Source: Acidimicrobiia bacterium
GTDB lineage: Bacteria > Actinomycetota > Acidimicrobiia > Spongiisociales > Spongiisociaceae
Assembly (NCBI GenBank): GCA_041576165.1
Contig: JBFGLM010000022.1
Coordinates: forward strand, 1-64,000
Direction of reading: 5' to 3'
DNA: 64,000 nt
Positions 49,044-58,241 of this stretch are shown one piece after another. The notes beneath the pieces are model-generated. The model was not told the origin of the DNA. It did not search any database and saw nothing but the letters and a program-made list of their open reading frames with translations. The position numbers and the translations under genes were made by a program. Position 1 is the stretch's first letter. Each line of letters begins with the position of its first letter.

Positions 49044-50837
49044 ATGCAGCCGCCAGAAGCCGCGTCACAGTTTCGCGCTGCGTACAGACGCCATCCTTTC
49101 GCGAGCGGGCTCGCGCTCCTACTCGCGGTCGCCGCTGCCGCAGCCACCGCAGCACCCGAACTAGCCCCGGTCCTGGCGCAACCACTCGTCCCGCTAGCGA
49201 GCGTGGTTGCCGGACTCACCGGCCTGCGGGACGTACAGCGGGTCCGCGAGCGCCGCCAGCGGCTGCCCTGGATTCTGATTTCGATCGGCTATCTGGCGGC
49301 ATCAGTGGGTGTCGCGGCTTTTGTCGTGGCGTCGGCGTTCTCCGAAGTCGGGGCCTTCGGCATGATGGACCTGCCCATCATCGCGGGATACGGTCTTCTG
49401 ATGGCTGGGCTGCTCAGCCAACCCCAGCTGAAGGAATCCCGGTCGCACCAGGTGCGGGTCTTGATCGACGGCGCGATCGGAGCTGTCTCAGTCGCAACCG
49501 TCTTGTGGATCTGGTTCATCGGCGATCTATTGGCGACGCTGGCAACTGCTCCAACGTGGCATCGTATCGTAGGAGCGGCATACCCGACTCTCGACGTCCT
49601 CGGCATCGTCGTTGTCATGATCATCTTCCTCCGGCGGAGCCCGCAGCGCTTCGATGTACGTTTGCTTCTGGTCGCAATGGGCTTCATGTGCCAGGTCGCC
49701 GCTGACCTAACGTTCCTGCTCAGCGGCGCCGGGAAATCTTTCGATGAAGCGATGCCCAATTACGCACTCTTCTTGCTGGCGTTCGTGTTCTTCCTCGGTG
49801 CAGCCGTCATCGCCGGCGACGTGCCGCCGCCCCGTGAATACGCAGAGCGTGTTCGCACTCCATGGTGGCCAATGATCGTTCCGTATGGCTGGTCGGCGGT
49901 CATGGTCGCCGTCCTGGCGCTTCAGGTACGAGCCGGCGCGCTGAGCACCGATTTGGAGCTTTTGCTGATCGCAACCTTGTTTGTCGGCGGGCTGGTGGTG
50001 ATGCGGCAGTTCGTTGCAATCCACGAAAACCGCCAGATCGTCGAACGGGAGCGTCGGGCGCTCATCTCGACGATTTCGCACGAGCTGCGGACGCCCCTGA
50101 CCGCCATGGTGGGCTTCCTAGATCTGATTTGCCGTGGTGACGAGATTGAACTGCCGGCCGAGGAACAGGAGGATTTGATCCAAGTGGTCGATCAACAGGC
50201 GCGCTACCTGTCGCGGATAGTGTCCGACCTGGTGCTGCTCGCCCGCGGGACCTCGGACTCAATGGAGCTGGAGCGGAGCGACGTTCGCATTGACCAAGTC
50301 GTGCAGCAGGCCGTGACGGCCATGGACACGGGCCTCAACGACGTTCAGGTGTTGGTGCCGACGGGGCTCACCGCCAATCTCGACGGAGACCGGCTCCAGC
50401 AGGCGTTGGTCAACTTGCTGTCCAACGCGATCCGCTACGGCGGTGACGAGCGGCTGATCGAGGCACGGGTGGATGGCGCGGATTTGACCATCGCAGTCCA
50501 CGACAACGGCCCGGGCGTACCGAAACGCTACGAGCTCTCGATCTGGGAACGATTTGAGCGCGGTGCCAACCGTCTCAACAGCTCGGTCCCCGGCTCGGGT
50601 ATCGGCCTGGCAATCGTGACTGCAATCGCCAGCGCGCACGGCGGATCGACGCAGTATCGGCGGTCCGAGATCCTGGAAGGCGCATGCTTCAGCGTGCACT
50701 TCCCCAATGTCGTGCGGGCTCAGCAAACAGGCCACTCCGAGAATCCGAAGCCCCAAGCGCCGCCGGCGCCAGCCCGGGCGGGGTCAGGATTCGAACAGGT
50801 CGGAGAGCCGTCCGAGGACCCCACCCTCATCCGTTGA
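49044..50837 (+). CDS. Multi-pass membrane sensor histidine kinase
   Basis: About 9-10 TMs, H-box SHELRTPLT, N-box NLLSNA, DNGPG and GSGIGL. Confidence 0.93.
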   Translation: MQPPEAASQFRAAYRRHPFASGLALLLAVAAAAATAAPELAPVLAQPLVPLASVVAGLTGLRDVQRVRERRQRLPWILISIGYLAASVGVAAFVVASAFSEVGAFGMMDLPIIAGYGLLMAGLLSQPQLKESRSHQVRVLIDGAIGAVSVATVLWIWFIGDLLATLATAPTWHRIVGAAYPTLDVLGIVVVMIIFLRRSPQRFDVRLLLVAMGFMCQVAADLTFLLSGAGKSFDEAMPNYALFLLAFVFFLGAAVIAGDVPPPREYAERVRTPWWPMIVPYGWSAVMVAVLALQVRAGALSTDLELLLIATLFVGGLVVMRQFVAIHENRQIVERERRALISTISHELRTPLTAMVGFLDLICRGDEIELPAEEQEDLIQVVDQQARYLSRIVSDLVLLARGTSDSMELERSDVRIDQVVQQAVTAMDTGLNDVQVLVPTGLTANLDGDRLQQALVNLLSNAIRYGGDERLIEARVDGADLTIAVHDNGPGVPKRYELSIWERFERGANRLNSSVPGSGIGLAIVTAIASAHGGSTQYRRSEILEGACFSVHFPNVVRAQQTGHSENPKPQAPPAPARAGSGFEQVGEPSEDPTLIR

Positions 50838-50857
50838 CCCTGCCGGGCGAAGGTCCG

Positions 50858-51120
50858 ATGCAATTCGGTCAGCCATTCGGTTGAAGGCAAATGACTGGAG
50901 CTACATACGGCCCGCACCAGCGATCGTGGCCGGGGAATATGCCTTCGCCGGCGAACATCATCGACTTGAGGTTGCCGACCCGCTGGATGTCGTAGCCGAC
51001 GGTTGGTTCGAGGGCGACCAGGCAACCGCCCGCAGCGTTTCGCCGGTGAGTCGCTTCTCGGCAATGGTCGACGACCTGGAGGTCGTCACCGAAGATCTCG
51101 TAGTCCACTTCGTGGCTGCG
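50858..51120 (-). pseudogene. Decayed AIM24/TIGR00266 family gene
   Basis: N-terminus [17 protein letters not shown] joins directly to the C-terminal part ([13 protein letters not shown] / [31 protein letters not shown] / [22 protein letters not shown]). Frameshifts and a TAG at 50901-50903 where Trp is expected. Confidence 0.8.
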
Positions 51121-51296
51121 CGCCCCGGACTGCTCTCACCGTGACGAACGTGATATCTCGACGGAAGCTAGCGGAGCGACGTCGCGGCGGGCTCGGCGAT
51201 TCCAGGAAAGGGCTGCCTCCTCAATCCAGCCACGTGGTCCGGCCACCCACCGGGGGGCTTCACGCCGAGTGCGTCGCAGTCAGGAACCCGGACGGA

Positions 51297-51677
51297 TCAA
51301 TCTTCGACCGGGGCGATTGCCCAGAGCACGTCCTTGATAGAGGCGATGCCGAGCAAGGTGCCTCGCTCCATGATGGGAAGGTGGCGGTAGCCGGTGGCGA
51401 GCATCCAGCGTGCCGCGTCCTCACACGACAATTCCGGATCAGCCGTATCGGGGTCAGGGGTCATCCAAGCCGTGACGTAGTCTTCGTCAAATGAGGCGCC
51501 TCCGGCTACGGCGCGCAACACATCCCGCTCTGTGAAGATCCCAACAAGCTTGCCTTCACTGATGACGGCTAGCGAACCCATTTCGTTGTTGACCATTTCT
51601 TCGGCGGCCGACCGCAAGGTTGTCTCGGGTCCACATGCCAGCGCGCCACCGCCGACGACCGCACGCACCTGCATCAT
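51297..51677 (-). CDS. CBS domain pair protein
   Basis: LVGIFTERDV, MTPDP and YRHLPI. Confidence 0.92.
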   Translation of the reverse strand: MMQVRAVVGGGALACGPETTLRSAAEEMVNNEMGSLAVISEGKLVGIFTERDVLRAVAGGASFDEDYVTAWMTPDPDTADPELSCEDAARWMLATGYRHLPIMERGTLLGIASIKDVLWAIAPVED

Positions 51678-52486
51678 TTTGCCCCTTCCTCACCGACGAA
51701 GCCGGGCGGCACGACCACCACCGGCGCCTTTGCGCCGGCAACCACGGACATGGTGACCGAACCCGCCGTGAGGCGACGCAGACCCGTTCGTCCATGACTG
51801 CTCAGCACCACCAGGCTATCCGCCCCAGCGAAGTCGAGTATGCGATCCGCCGGGTCATCTCCGTGCAGCACCTCGAACTCACCGTGATAGGGGTCCGCGA
51901 TGCGGTGCACGTAACCGCTCTCGATTCCAACCCCGGCAGCCACTGCCTGACGCTGCTGGGCCCGACTGACGACGCTGACAACCCATAGCGGCACGTCTAG
52001 CGCGGTGGCGTACGCGGCGGCCACCGGCGCAGTCGTTTCTGAGAAACCCGACCCGTCGACCGGGGCCACGACCCGGGTGACATTGGACAGGTCGGGCACG
52101 GCCGCGGGGCCGATCATCAACAGAGGGTACCGGGCGGCGCGCAGTGCATGCTCCGCGTACGATCCCCAGTGGCCGTCGTGTCGCGTCATCTTGGCTGAGG
52201 TCGCCATGCAGACCACGCCGCGTCGCCCGGCCGCTTCGATGACTTTTCCCGGATCCTCAGACGTCACCACCTTGCATCGGGTTGGACGCGGGAATTCCAG
52301 CTGGGCCATCAGCCGCTCGAGTTCGGCTCGGCGGACGACGGCCTTTCGCTCATCGGCGACCACGCTGAGGAGCTCCACATCGGATCCGAACGACTCGGCC
52401 AGTTTCGAGGCACACGCAATTGGGCCGTACGCTTCTGCTCCACCGCGGGTGGGCACAATGATCAGAGGAGGGGATGGAGTGGTCAT
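51674..52486 (-). CDS. Tandem universal stress protein
   Basis: APVDGSGFSE and SSHGRTGLRRLTAGSVT. Confidence 0.9.
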   Translation of the reverse strand: MTTPSPPLIIVPTRGGAEAYGPIACASKLAESFGSDVELLSVVADERKAVVRRAELERLMAQLEFPRPTRCKVVTSEDPGKVIEAAGRRGVVCMATSAKMTRHDGHWGSYAEHALRAARYPLLMIGPAAVPDLSNVTRVVAPVDGSGFSETTAPVAAAYATALDVPLWVVSVVSRAQQRQAVAAGVGIESGYVHRIADPYHGEFEVLHGDDPADRILDFAGADSLVVLSSHGRTGLRRLTAGSVTMSVVAGAKAPVVVVPPGFVGEEGAK

Positions 52487-52920
52487 CGCGCTCTCACAAC
52501 TAGCGTGGGAACGTGTGCTGATTGCACGATCTTCTGGGCGACGCTGCCCAACAGCCAGCGACCGACCCCTGATCGACCGTGGCTGGCCAGCGTGATAAGG
52601 GTGACGTCTTCGGCATTTGCCGCGTCGAGAATGCCCTGCGCGGCGTTGGGATCGAACACCAGCCGGGAATCAGATTTGATCCCCGCTTCGCCCAGACGAA
52701 GCCGCAGATCCTCGAGGTAAGACTCAGCCGCCTCAACGACTGAAATACCCTCGGCATTGGCAAAGTCGGAGAGGGCGTGGTCGACGTGACCATCCATGAC
52801 CATGACCAGCAGAACCTCATCGGCACCGCTCGTCAGGTGCGGGGAGATCTCGTCGAGCGCAGTTTCGGCCAGCACCGACCCATCAACCGGCACCAGGGTT
52901 CGCCTGAACAAGGCCGACAT
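52483..52920 (-). CDS. Universal stress protein
   Basis: LVPVDGSVLAE and ASHGRSGVGRWLLGSVA. Confidence 0.92.
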   Translation of the reverse strand: MSALFRRTLVPVDGSVLAETALDEISPHLTSGADEVLLVMVMDGHVDHALSDFANAEGISVVEAAESYLEDLRLRLGEAGIKSDSRLVFDPNAAQGILDAANAEDVTLITLASHGRSGVGRWLLGSVAQKIVQSAHVPTLVVRAR

Positions 52921-53030
52921 GGTGACCTCCGTGTTGGTGTCTTGCACCGCCAGATTGGTCCACGGCAGCAGACGGGTGTTAGGGCCGGAAGGTCACACCC
53001 TGCGGGCCAGATGCCGGAGAGCTGGTCCGT

Positions 53031-54197
53031 TCAGGTGAGGCGCTCAACGACCATGGCCATACCCTGCCCGCCGCCGACACACATGGTCTCCAGCCCGATC
53101 GACTGATCGCGCCGGCGCAGACCGTTGAGGAGCGTGCACATGATGCGCGCCCCTGTCATGCCGTAGGGATGTCCGAGGGCAATCGCCCCACCGTGAGGGT
53201 TCAGCTGCGACCCGATGTCGATACCTGTCTCATCGCACACGGCCAGCACCTGTGAAGCAAACGCCTCATTCAGCTCGACGATGTCGATGTCTCCGATCTT
53301 CATGCTGGCCCGGTCGAGAGCTTTGCGGACGGCCTCGATCGGTCCCACTCCCATGATTTCGGGAGCGAGTCCCGACACTGCGGCAGACACGATGCGGGCG
53401 AGGGGCCGGATGCCCAACTCGGCGGCACGCTCGGCACTCATGACCACTACGGCGGCGGCCCCGTCGTTGAGCGGACACGAGTTGCCCGCCGTGACCTTCC
53501 CGCCCTCCTTGAACGCCGGGGGCAGCTCCGCCAGCTTCTCCAGCGTGGTTCCCGGCCGGGGACTGTCATCGGAGCTGACCAGCATGCCGCCCGACACGGG
53601 GTAGGGAGAGATCTCATCCGCGAAGAAACCGTCGCCCTGTGCGTCGGCGGCCCGATCCTGGGAAAGCTTGGCGTATTCATCCATGCGCCGGCGCGAAATA
53701 CCGAACTGGTCGGCGACGTTCTCGGCGGTCATACCCATGGCCATATAGACCTCGTTGATGAAGTCGTCGCGGCTGCGATCAACAAACCGGGGGTTGAGGT
53801 GTGATTTGTCGAACCCGACACCCTGGGTCCGAGTGATGCTCTCCACTCCTGCCGCAACGTACGCGTCCCCTTCGCCGGCGGCAATGGCGTGGTAGGCCAT
53901 GCGGATGGTCTGGAGGGACGAGGCACAGTACCGATTGACGGTGGTGCCGGGGATCGTATCGGGAAGTCCTGCTAGCAGTGCGGCAGGGCGAGCCATGTTG
54001 AAGCTGGCTTCGCCATGGGTGAGTCCACAGCCCAACATGACATCTTCGACTTCGGTGAGTGGCAGCTCCGGCACACTTTCCACGGCTTCGCGAATGGCGA
54101 ACCCCGCCATATCGTCGGGCCGCTCCTCGATCAATGAACCCTTGTAGGCGCGTCCAATCGGCGTACGGGCAGCAGCCACGATCACGGCTTCAGGCAT
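53031..54197 (-). CDS. Acetyl-CoA C-acyltransferase (thiolase)
   Basis: NRYCASS, NEAF, GHPYG and CVGGGQG. Confidence 0.95.
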   Translation of the reverse strand: MPEAVIVAAARTPIGRAYKGSLIEERPDDMAGFAIREAVESVPELPLTEVEDVMLGCGLTHGEASFNMARPAALLAGLPDTIPGTTVNRYCASSLQTIRMAYHAIAAGEGDAYVAAGVESITRTQGVGFDKSHLNPRFVDRSRDDFINEVYMAMGMTAENVADQFGISRRRMDEYAKLSQDRAADAQGDGFFADEISPYPVSGGMLVSSDDSPRPGTTLEKLAELPPAFKEGGKVTAGNSCPLNDGAAAVVVMSAERAAELGIRPLARIVSAAVSGLAPEIMGVGPIEAVRKALDRASMKIGDIDIVELNEAFASQVLAVCDETGIDIGSQLNPHGGAIALGHPYGMTGARIMCTLLNGLRRRDQSIGLETMCVGGGQGMAMVVERLT

Positions 54198-54336
54198 CGT
54201 CGTTCCTCATCATTCGGGTAGAGCGATGGTACGCGATCTGCCCGGACCGGTGACCGAGCCATTGGTCGCCGGGTCCGCCACCGCAGTCGTTGAGCGGTCC
54301 GACGGCGAGCCGGGTACCGCACTGGGTGGAGGGCGA

Positions 54337-55584
54337 TCAGTCGTCTTCGGCGAGCAGCCGTTTGCGACCAAAGGTCCACGGGCGATTGATCCCAGCCAGT
54401 AGGAGCTGGTAGATGGATATGCCCCCGGTCTCGAAGGCCACGACGGAGCCGGCCATGTAGAGCCGCCAGATCCGGTAAGTCTGCTCGGAACTCAGGCCCG
54501 CGGCCAGGTCTGCGTTTTCTTCGAGGTTCGCCACCCAATGCCGCAACGTGCGTCCATAGCTCATTCGCAAAGACTCGGCATCCCTGACCTCGAATCCGGC
54601 CTTCTCGGCGACCTCGATCACCTTCTCCACGGGTACCAGTTCGCCATCTGGAAACACATAGGTGTTGACAAAACTCGGCCGGCGCCGGCTATGCGAACGA
54701 TCCCTCGTCGTGATGCCGTGATTGAGAAACGCGCCGCTGGGCGCAAGCAACTCGCGCATGTGTCCGAAATAGCTTCCGAGCTGGCGCCCACCGACGTGCT
54801 CAAACATTCCCACCGACGCAACGGCGTCGAACGTCCCGGTCACGTCGCGGTAGTCGCTCTCGAGGATCGTGACCCGACCCTCGACCCCAGCCTCCTTGAT
54901 TCGCCGCCGGGCCAGCTCGGCTTGCTCGCGGGAGATCGTCACCCCGAGTGCCTCCACCCCGTAATTGATGGCGGCGTGAATGATGAGCGATCCCCATCCA
55001 CACCCGATGTCGAGGAATTGCATCCCGCTCTGGAGCTGGAGTTTGCGACAGATCACGTCCAGTTTGCGTCGCTGAGCTGCTTCCAGTGTCTCGTTGGGAT
55101 CCAGGAAATATGCACACGAGTAGACCATTAGCGGGTCGAGAAACGTCTGGAAGAACTCGTTTCCGGTGTCGTAGTGGGCGCTGACCGCAGCCTTGTCCCG
55201 AGCACGCGAATGCAAGCGACCTCGAAACATCGGACGCCGGTCCGGTCGCCGGCTTTCATCGGGTAGTTGACGCAACAAGCGCACGACTCCCAGCGCTTTG
55301 CGCTTTTGATGGACCAGTGGCTCGAGCCGGCGTCCGAAGTCGAGCACCAAGAGCATCTCGCCTTCGAAGTCGACATCGTCGAAGACATATGCTTCGCCGG
55401 CGGTCAGGTCACCGGGCGGCCAGAGCATCGAACGCAACGCTCCCGGATGCTGGAGCACGATTGTCGCACCGGCCGCCGGGTCGCCCCAGGTCGTGCCGTC
55501 CCACGCTCGCATGGCAGGCGCCGGCTCGCCTGCGACAGCCACGAGCCACTCGTAGATCGACTTCGAAACCTCCAGCGGAGTCAT
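54337..55584 (-). CDS. cfa: Cyclopropane-fatty-acyl-phospholipid synthase family methyltransferase
   Basis: HYDTGNEFF, YSCAYF, LDIGCGWG, SVGMFEHVG and YVFPDGEL. Confidence 0.9.
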   Translation of the reverse strand: MTPLEVSKSIYEWLVAVAGEPAPAMRAWDGTTWGDPAAGATIVLQHPGALRSMLWPPGDLTAGEAYVFDDVDFEGEMLLVLDFGRRLEPLVHQKRKALGVVRLLRQLPDESRRPDRRPMFRGRLHSRARDKAAVSAHYDTGNEFFQTFLDPLMVYSCAYFLDPNETLEAAQRRKLDVICRKLQLQSGMQFLDIGCGWGSLIIHAAINYGVEALGVTISREQAELARRRIKEAGVEGRVTILESDYRDVTGTFDAVASVGMFEHVGGRQLGSYFGHMRELLAPSGAFLNHGITTRDRSHSRRRPSFVNTYVFPDGELVPVEKVIEVAEKAGFEVRDAESLRMSYGRTLRHWVANLEENADLAAGLSSEQTYRIWRLYMAGSVVAFETGGISIYQLLLAGINRPWTFGRKRLLAEDD

Positions 55585-55653
55585 CTTGCCTCCCCTTTGC
55601 GCGTGTGCCGTCCGGGGACGCCCCCATCGACCGGACGACGTTCGGTTGTTGTT

Positions 55654-55680
55654 CAACGGCTACATCGAGTGCGGCATTCC
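55654..55680 (-). promoter_or_regulatory. SigH/SigR-type promoter of cfa
   Basis: GGAAT-gccgcactcgatgtagcc(18 nt)-GTTG. Confidence 0.6.
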
Positions 55681-55881
55681 TGCCGCCGATCGGTATTACG
55701 CGGCCCACCGCCTGCCCGCACATTGCCCGCACGTGAGACCCAATCGAGGGTCTCCGGTTCCTTCGTCCCCCGTCGCCCGCATCCATGAATCGTAAACGAC
55801 GGCGATTCCAGGTGACGGTGACTGAATTGCATTCATTTCAATGCGCCTTCCTTCTTCCCGTCGCCGGTAGGTTGATGAACA

Positions 55882-56238
55882 GTGACGGTTGAGATTGACC
55901 ACTGTGCGTGGTGTGGCGAGCGCTTCGCGCCGAATCCCGGACCGGGGAGGCCTCGTCGCTACTGCAAGCGCAGCCACCGGCAGCGCCACTACGAGGCGCG
56001 CCAGGAGGCAGAGCGCCATCGCCTTGCCTCGGATGACGTGTTGATCCGGCGCCAGGACCTCCAGACCGTTCGCGACCGGCTATTCGTCCTGGAAGCAGCC
56101 CTGGCGGATGCTCGCACGGACCTGGCCGACGCCGGCACACTGGACGCGTATCCCGCCGTCTTCGGAGACCTTGCCGCCGCCGTTGAGGAAGTAGTGGCGT
56201 TGCGGATCGAGCCCCGCGCCGTCGGCATGGCCGAGTAG
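55882..56238 (+). CDS. Hypothetical actinobacterial zinc-finger/coiled-coil protein
   Basis: CAWCG...GRPRRYCKRSHRQRHYE. Confidence 0.75.
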   Translation: MTVEIDHCAWCGERFAPNPGPGRPRRYCKRSHRQRHYEARQEAERHRLASDDVLIRRQDLQTVRDRLFVLEAALADARTDLADAGTLDAYPAVFGDLAAAVEEVVALRIEPRAVGMAE

Positions 56239-56306
56239 CGACGACGGCCCGGTTCCCTCCCCGTGGGTCCACCGAACTGGGGGGAACCACCGGTACGATC
56301 CAGGGC

Positions 56307-56708
56307 ATGGCTGCCTCACCCAAGGTCGCGAAGGACAAGGCACGTAGGGCGCAATCGCAGGCTCGGCGGGCTGGCGCCGAGTATCGTCGCGCCAAGTCGA
56401 AAGCCAAGCGCCACCGTCGGTTTGGTGAGCGCAAATCGCGGGACCGGCGCCCGGCTGTGTGGCTGCCCCGTTTGGTGGGTGTGGTGGGCTACGTCATGGT
56501 CGGCGTGTTCCCGTATCTCGCATCCGCGCTGCTCGTCCCGCCTGGTGCGTACCTGGTGCTTCTCCTCCTATGGCTTCTCGGTCTGTTCTGGACCCTCCGC
56601 CTGGCCAGGTATTCGCCTTCCTGGACGCCGGTGGCGCCGCTCGTCGCGCTGACGGTCTGGATAGTTCTCGTGCAGACCGGCAGTGCCATATTCGGCTGGA
56701 CGGCCTGA
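56307..56708 (+). CDS. Hypothetical membrane protein with a basic N-terminus
   Basis: Three TMs ending FGWTA; TACGAT -10 box before the ATG. Confidence 0.7.
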   Translation: MAASPKVAKDKARRAQSQARRAGAEYRRAKSKAKRHRRFGERKSRDRRPAVWLPRLVGVVGYVMVGVFPYLASALLVPPGAYLVLLLLWLLGLFWTLRLARYSPSWTPVAPLVALTVWIVLVQTGSAIFGWTA

Positions 56709-56764
56709 TCGCCGGGCCGCCAAGCCACCGGCGTAGCCTCTGATTCACTACCCGAGGAGGACGG

Positions 56765-57553
56765 ATGCAGCTACAAGGACGGGTGGCGCTGGTGACCGGC
56801 GGCGGTTCGGGAATTGGGGCCGCCAGCGCCAAGAGGTTCGCAGCCGAGGGCGCGGCTGTGGCGGTGGTCGATGTGAACGCAGATGGTGCGAACGCCGTGG
56901 TCGAGGAAATCACGGCCGGCGGGGGCTCCGCAACGGCGTCGATTACAGACGTGAGTGATCAGGAGGCCGTCAATCGAGCGGTGGCGGACACGCTGGCCGC
57001 GTACGGCCGGCTCGACATTGCCATGAACAATGCCATCCAAATGGCACCGGGCCTCTTGCTCGACCTCACACTCGAGGACTGGCGCAAGCTCCTCCGCATC
57101 GGGCTGGATGGTACGTTCATCGTGAGCGCCGCGGCGGCCCGTGCCATGCGCGACTTGGGTAACGGCGGCTCCATCATCAACCTCTCGTCCACCGCGGGGG
57201 TCGCGCCGTACACGGGCGCCGGAGCGTATTCGGCGTGCAAGGCCGGAATCGTGATGTTCTCGAAGCAGGCTGCGCTGGAATGGGCGCCGTACCGGATCCG
57301 GGTGAACGCCATCTGTCCGGGTCATGTGGAGACACCCCTCACGGCCTACCTGCAGGACCCGGAGATCCGAGCGGGGCGTGAGGCAGTCACGCCGCTCCAA
57401 CGGGTGGGCCAGCCCGAGGACATCGCGGCGGCTGCCCTCTATCTGGCGTCAGACGCTGCCGACTGGGTCACGGCAACGGCGATGGTGGTGGACGGTGGCA
57501 TGCTCGAAACCATGTTTGAGCACATGCCCGGCCGCAAATGGAAGACGGACTGA
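56765..57553 (+). CDS. SDR family oxidoreductase
   Basis: TGGGSGIG, NNA, YSACK and VDGG. Confidence 0.93.
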   Translation: MQLQGRVALVTGGGSGIGAASAKRFAAEGAAVAVVDVNADGANAVVEEITAGGGSATASITDVSDQEAVNRAVADTLAAYGRLDIAMNNAIQMAPGLLLDLTLEDWRKLLRIGLDGTFIVSAAAARAMRDLGNGGSIINLSSTAGVAPYTGAGAYSACKAGIVMFSKQAALEWAPYRIRVNAICPGHVETPLTAYLQDPEIRAGREAVTPLQRVGQPEDIAAAALYLASDAADWVTATAMVVDGGMLETMFEHMPGRKWKTD

Positions 57554-57623
57554 GCGGGGACCGACGTCCGCACACCTTGGTGTCCCCGGCGTAAGCTGGC
57601 AGCAAAGGGGGAGGGGCGGGTCC

Positions 57624-58148
57624 GTGGCTCTCTCTGACGGTGTGCTGGTGGAACGCATGCGCGCCGGCGACACCGATGCGGCCGATGCTCTGCTCCGGCG
57701 CTACGCCGATCAGGCCCAACGGGTCGCCTTGAGCGTCACTCGTTCGCGCCCGATCGCCGAGGAAGCCTGCCAGGAGGCCTTTCTCCAGTTCTATTTCCAA
57801 CGCCATCGGATCCGGACGCACGAAGGGGCGGCCCGCCAGTTCCTTATGCTGCTGGTGCATAGGCGCGCAGTCGACGCGGTCCGGCACGAAGCACGACAGC
57901 TCTCCTCTGGGTGGGCCAATCCGGACTGCCCTGACATCGCCGACGTGGTGATTGCGATCGATGCTGCTCGGGATGTGCGAGCCGCTGCAGAGAAGCTGGA
58001 GGAGCCATTCCGAACGGCGATCGGCCTGGCCTATTTCGACGGCTATTCCTACCGCCAGGTGGCGCGCCTCATGGGGGTGCCGGAAGGCACCGCCAAGTCG
58101 TGGATGCGAGCGGCAATCGGTCGGTTGCGACAGGTGGTGGCCGTCTGA
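57624..58148 (+). CDS. ECF RNA polymerase sigma factor (SigK-like)
   Basis: AEEACQEAFL, HRRAVDAVR and LAYFDGYSYRQVA...PEGTAKS. Confidence 0.88.
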   Translation: MALSDGVLVERMRAGDTDAADALLRRYADQAQRVALSVTRSRPIAEEACQEAFLQFYFQRHRIRTHEGAARQFLMLLVHRRAVDAVRHEARQLSSGWANPDCPDIADVVIAIDAARDVRAAAEKLEEPFRTAIGLAYFDGYSYRQVARLMGVPEGTAKSWMRAAIGRLRQVVAV

Positions 58149-58168
58149 CCGGTTTATCAGTTGTTCAC

Positions 58169-58196
58169 AAATCCGACAGTTGTCTTTCTACGAATA
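58169..58196 (+). promoter_or_regulatory. SigK-like ECF promoter of the DUF4331 gene
   Basis: AAATCC-N16-CGAATA, resembling the CCATCC...CCGAAT SigK motif. Confidence 0.55.
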
Positions 58197-58241
58197 ACAA
58201 CTGGCACCCAGGCGGGTGATCCGACGTCAAGAGGAAGGTGG

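Noticed and set aside
55585-55880. Riboswitch upstream of cfa
   Set aside because: No SAM, TPP, cobalamin or other aptamer consensus was recognisable.
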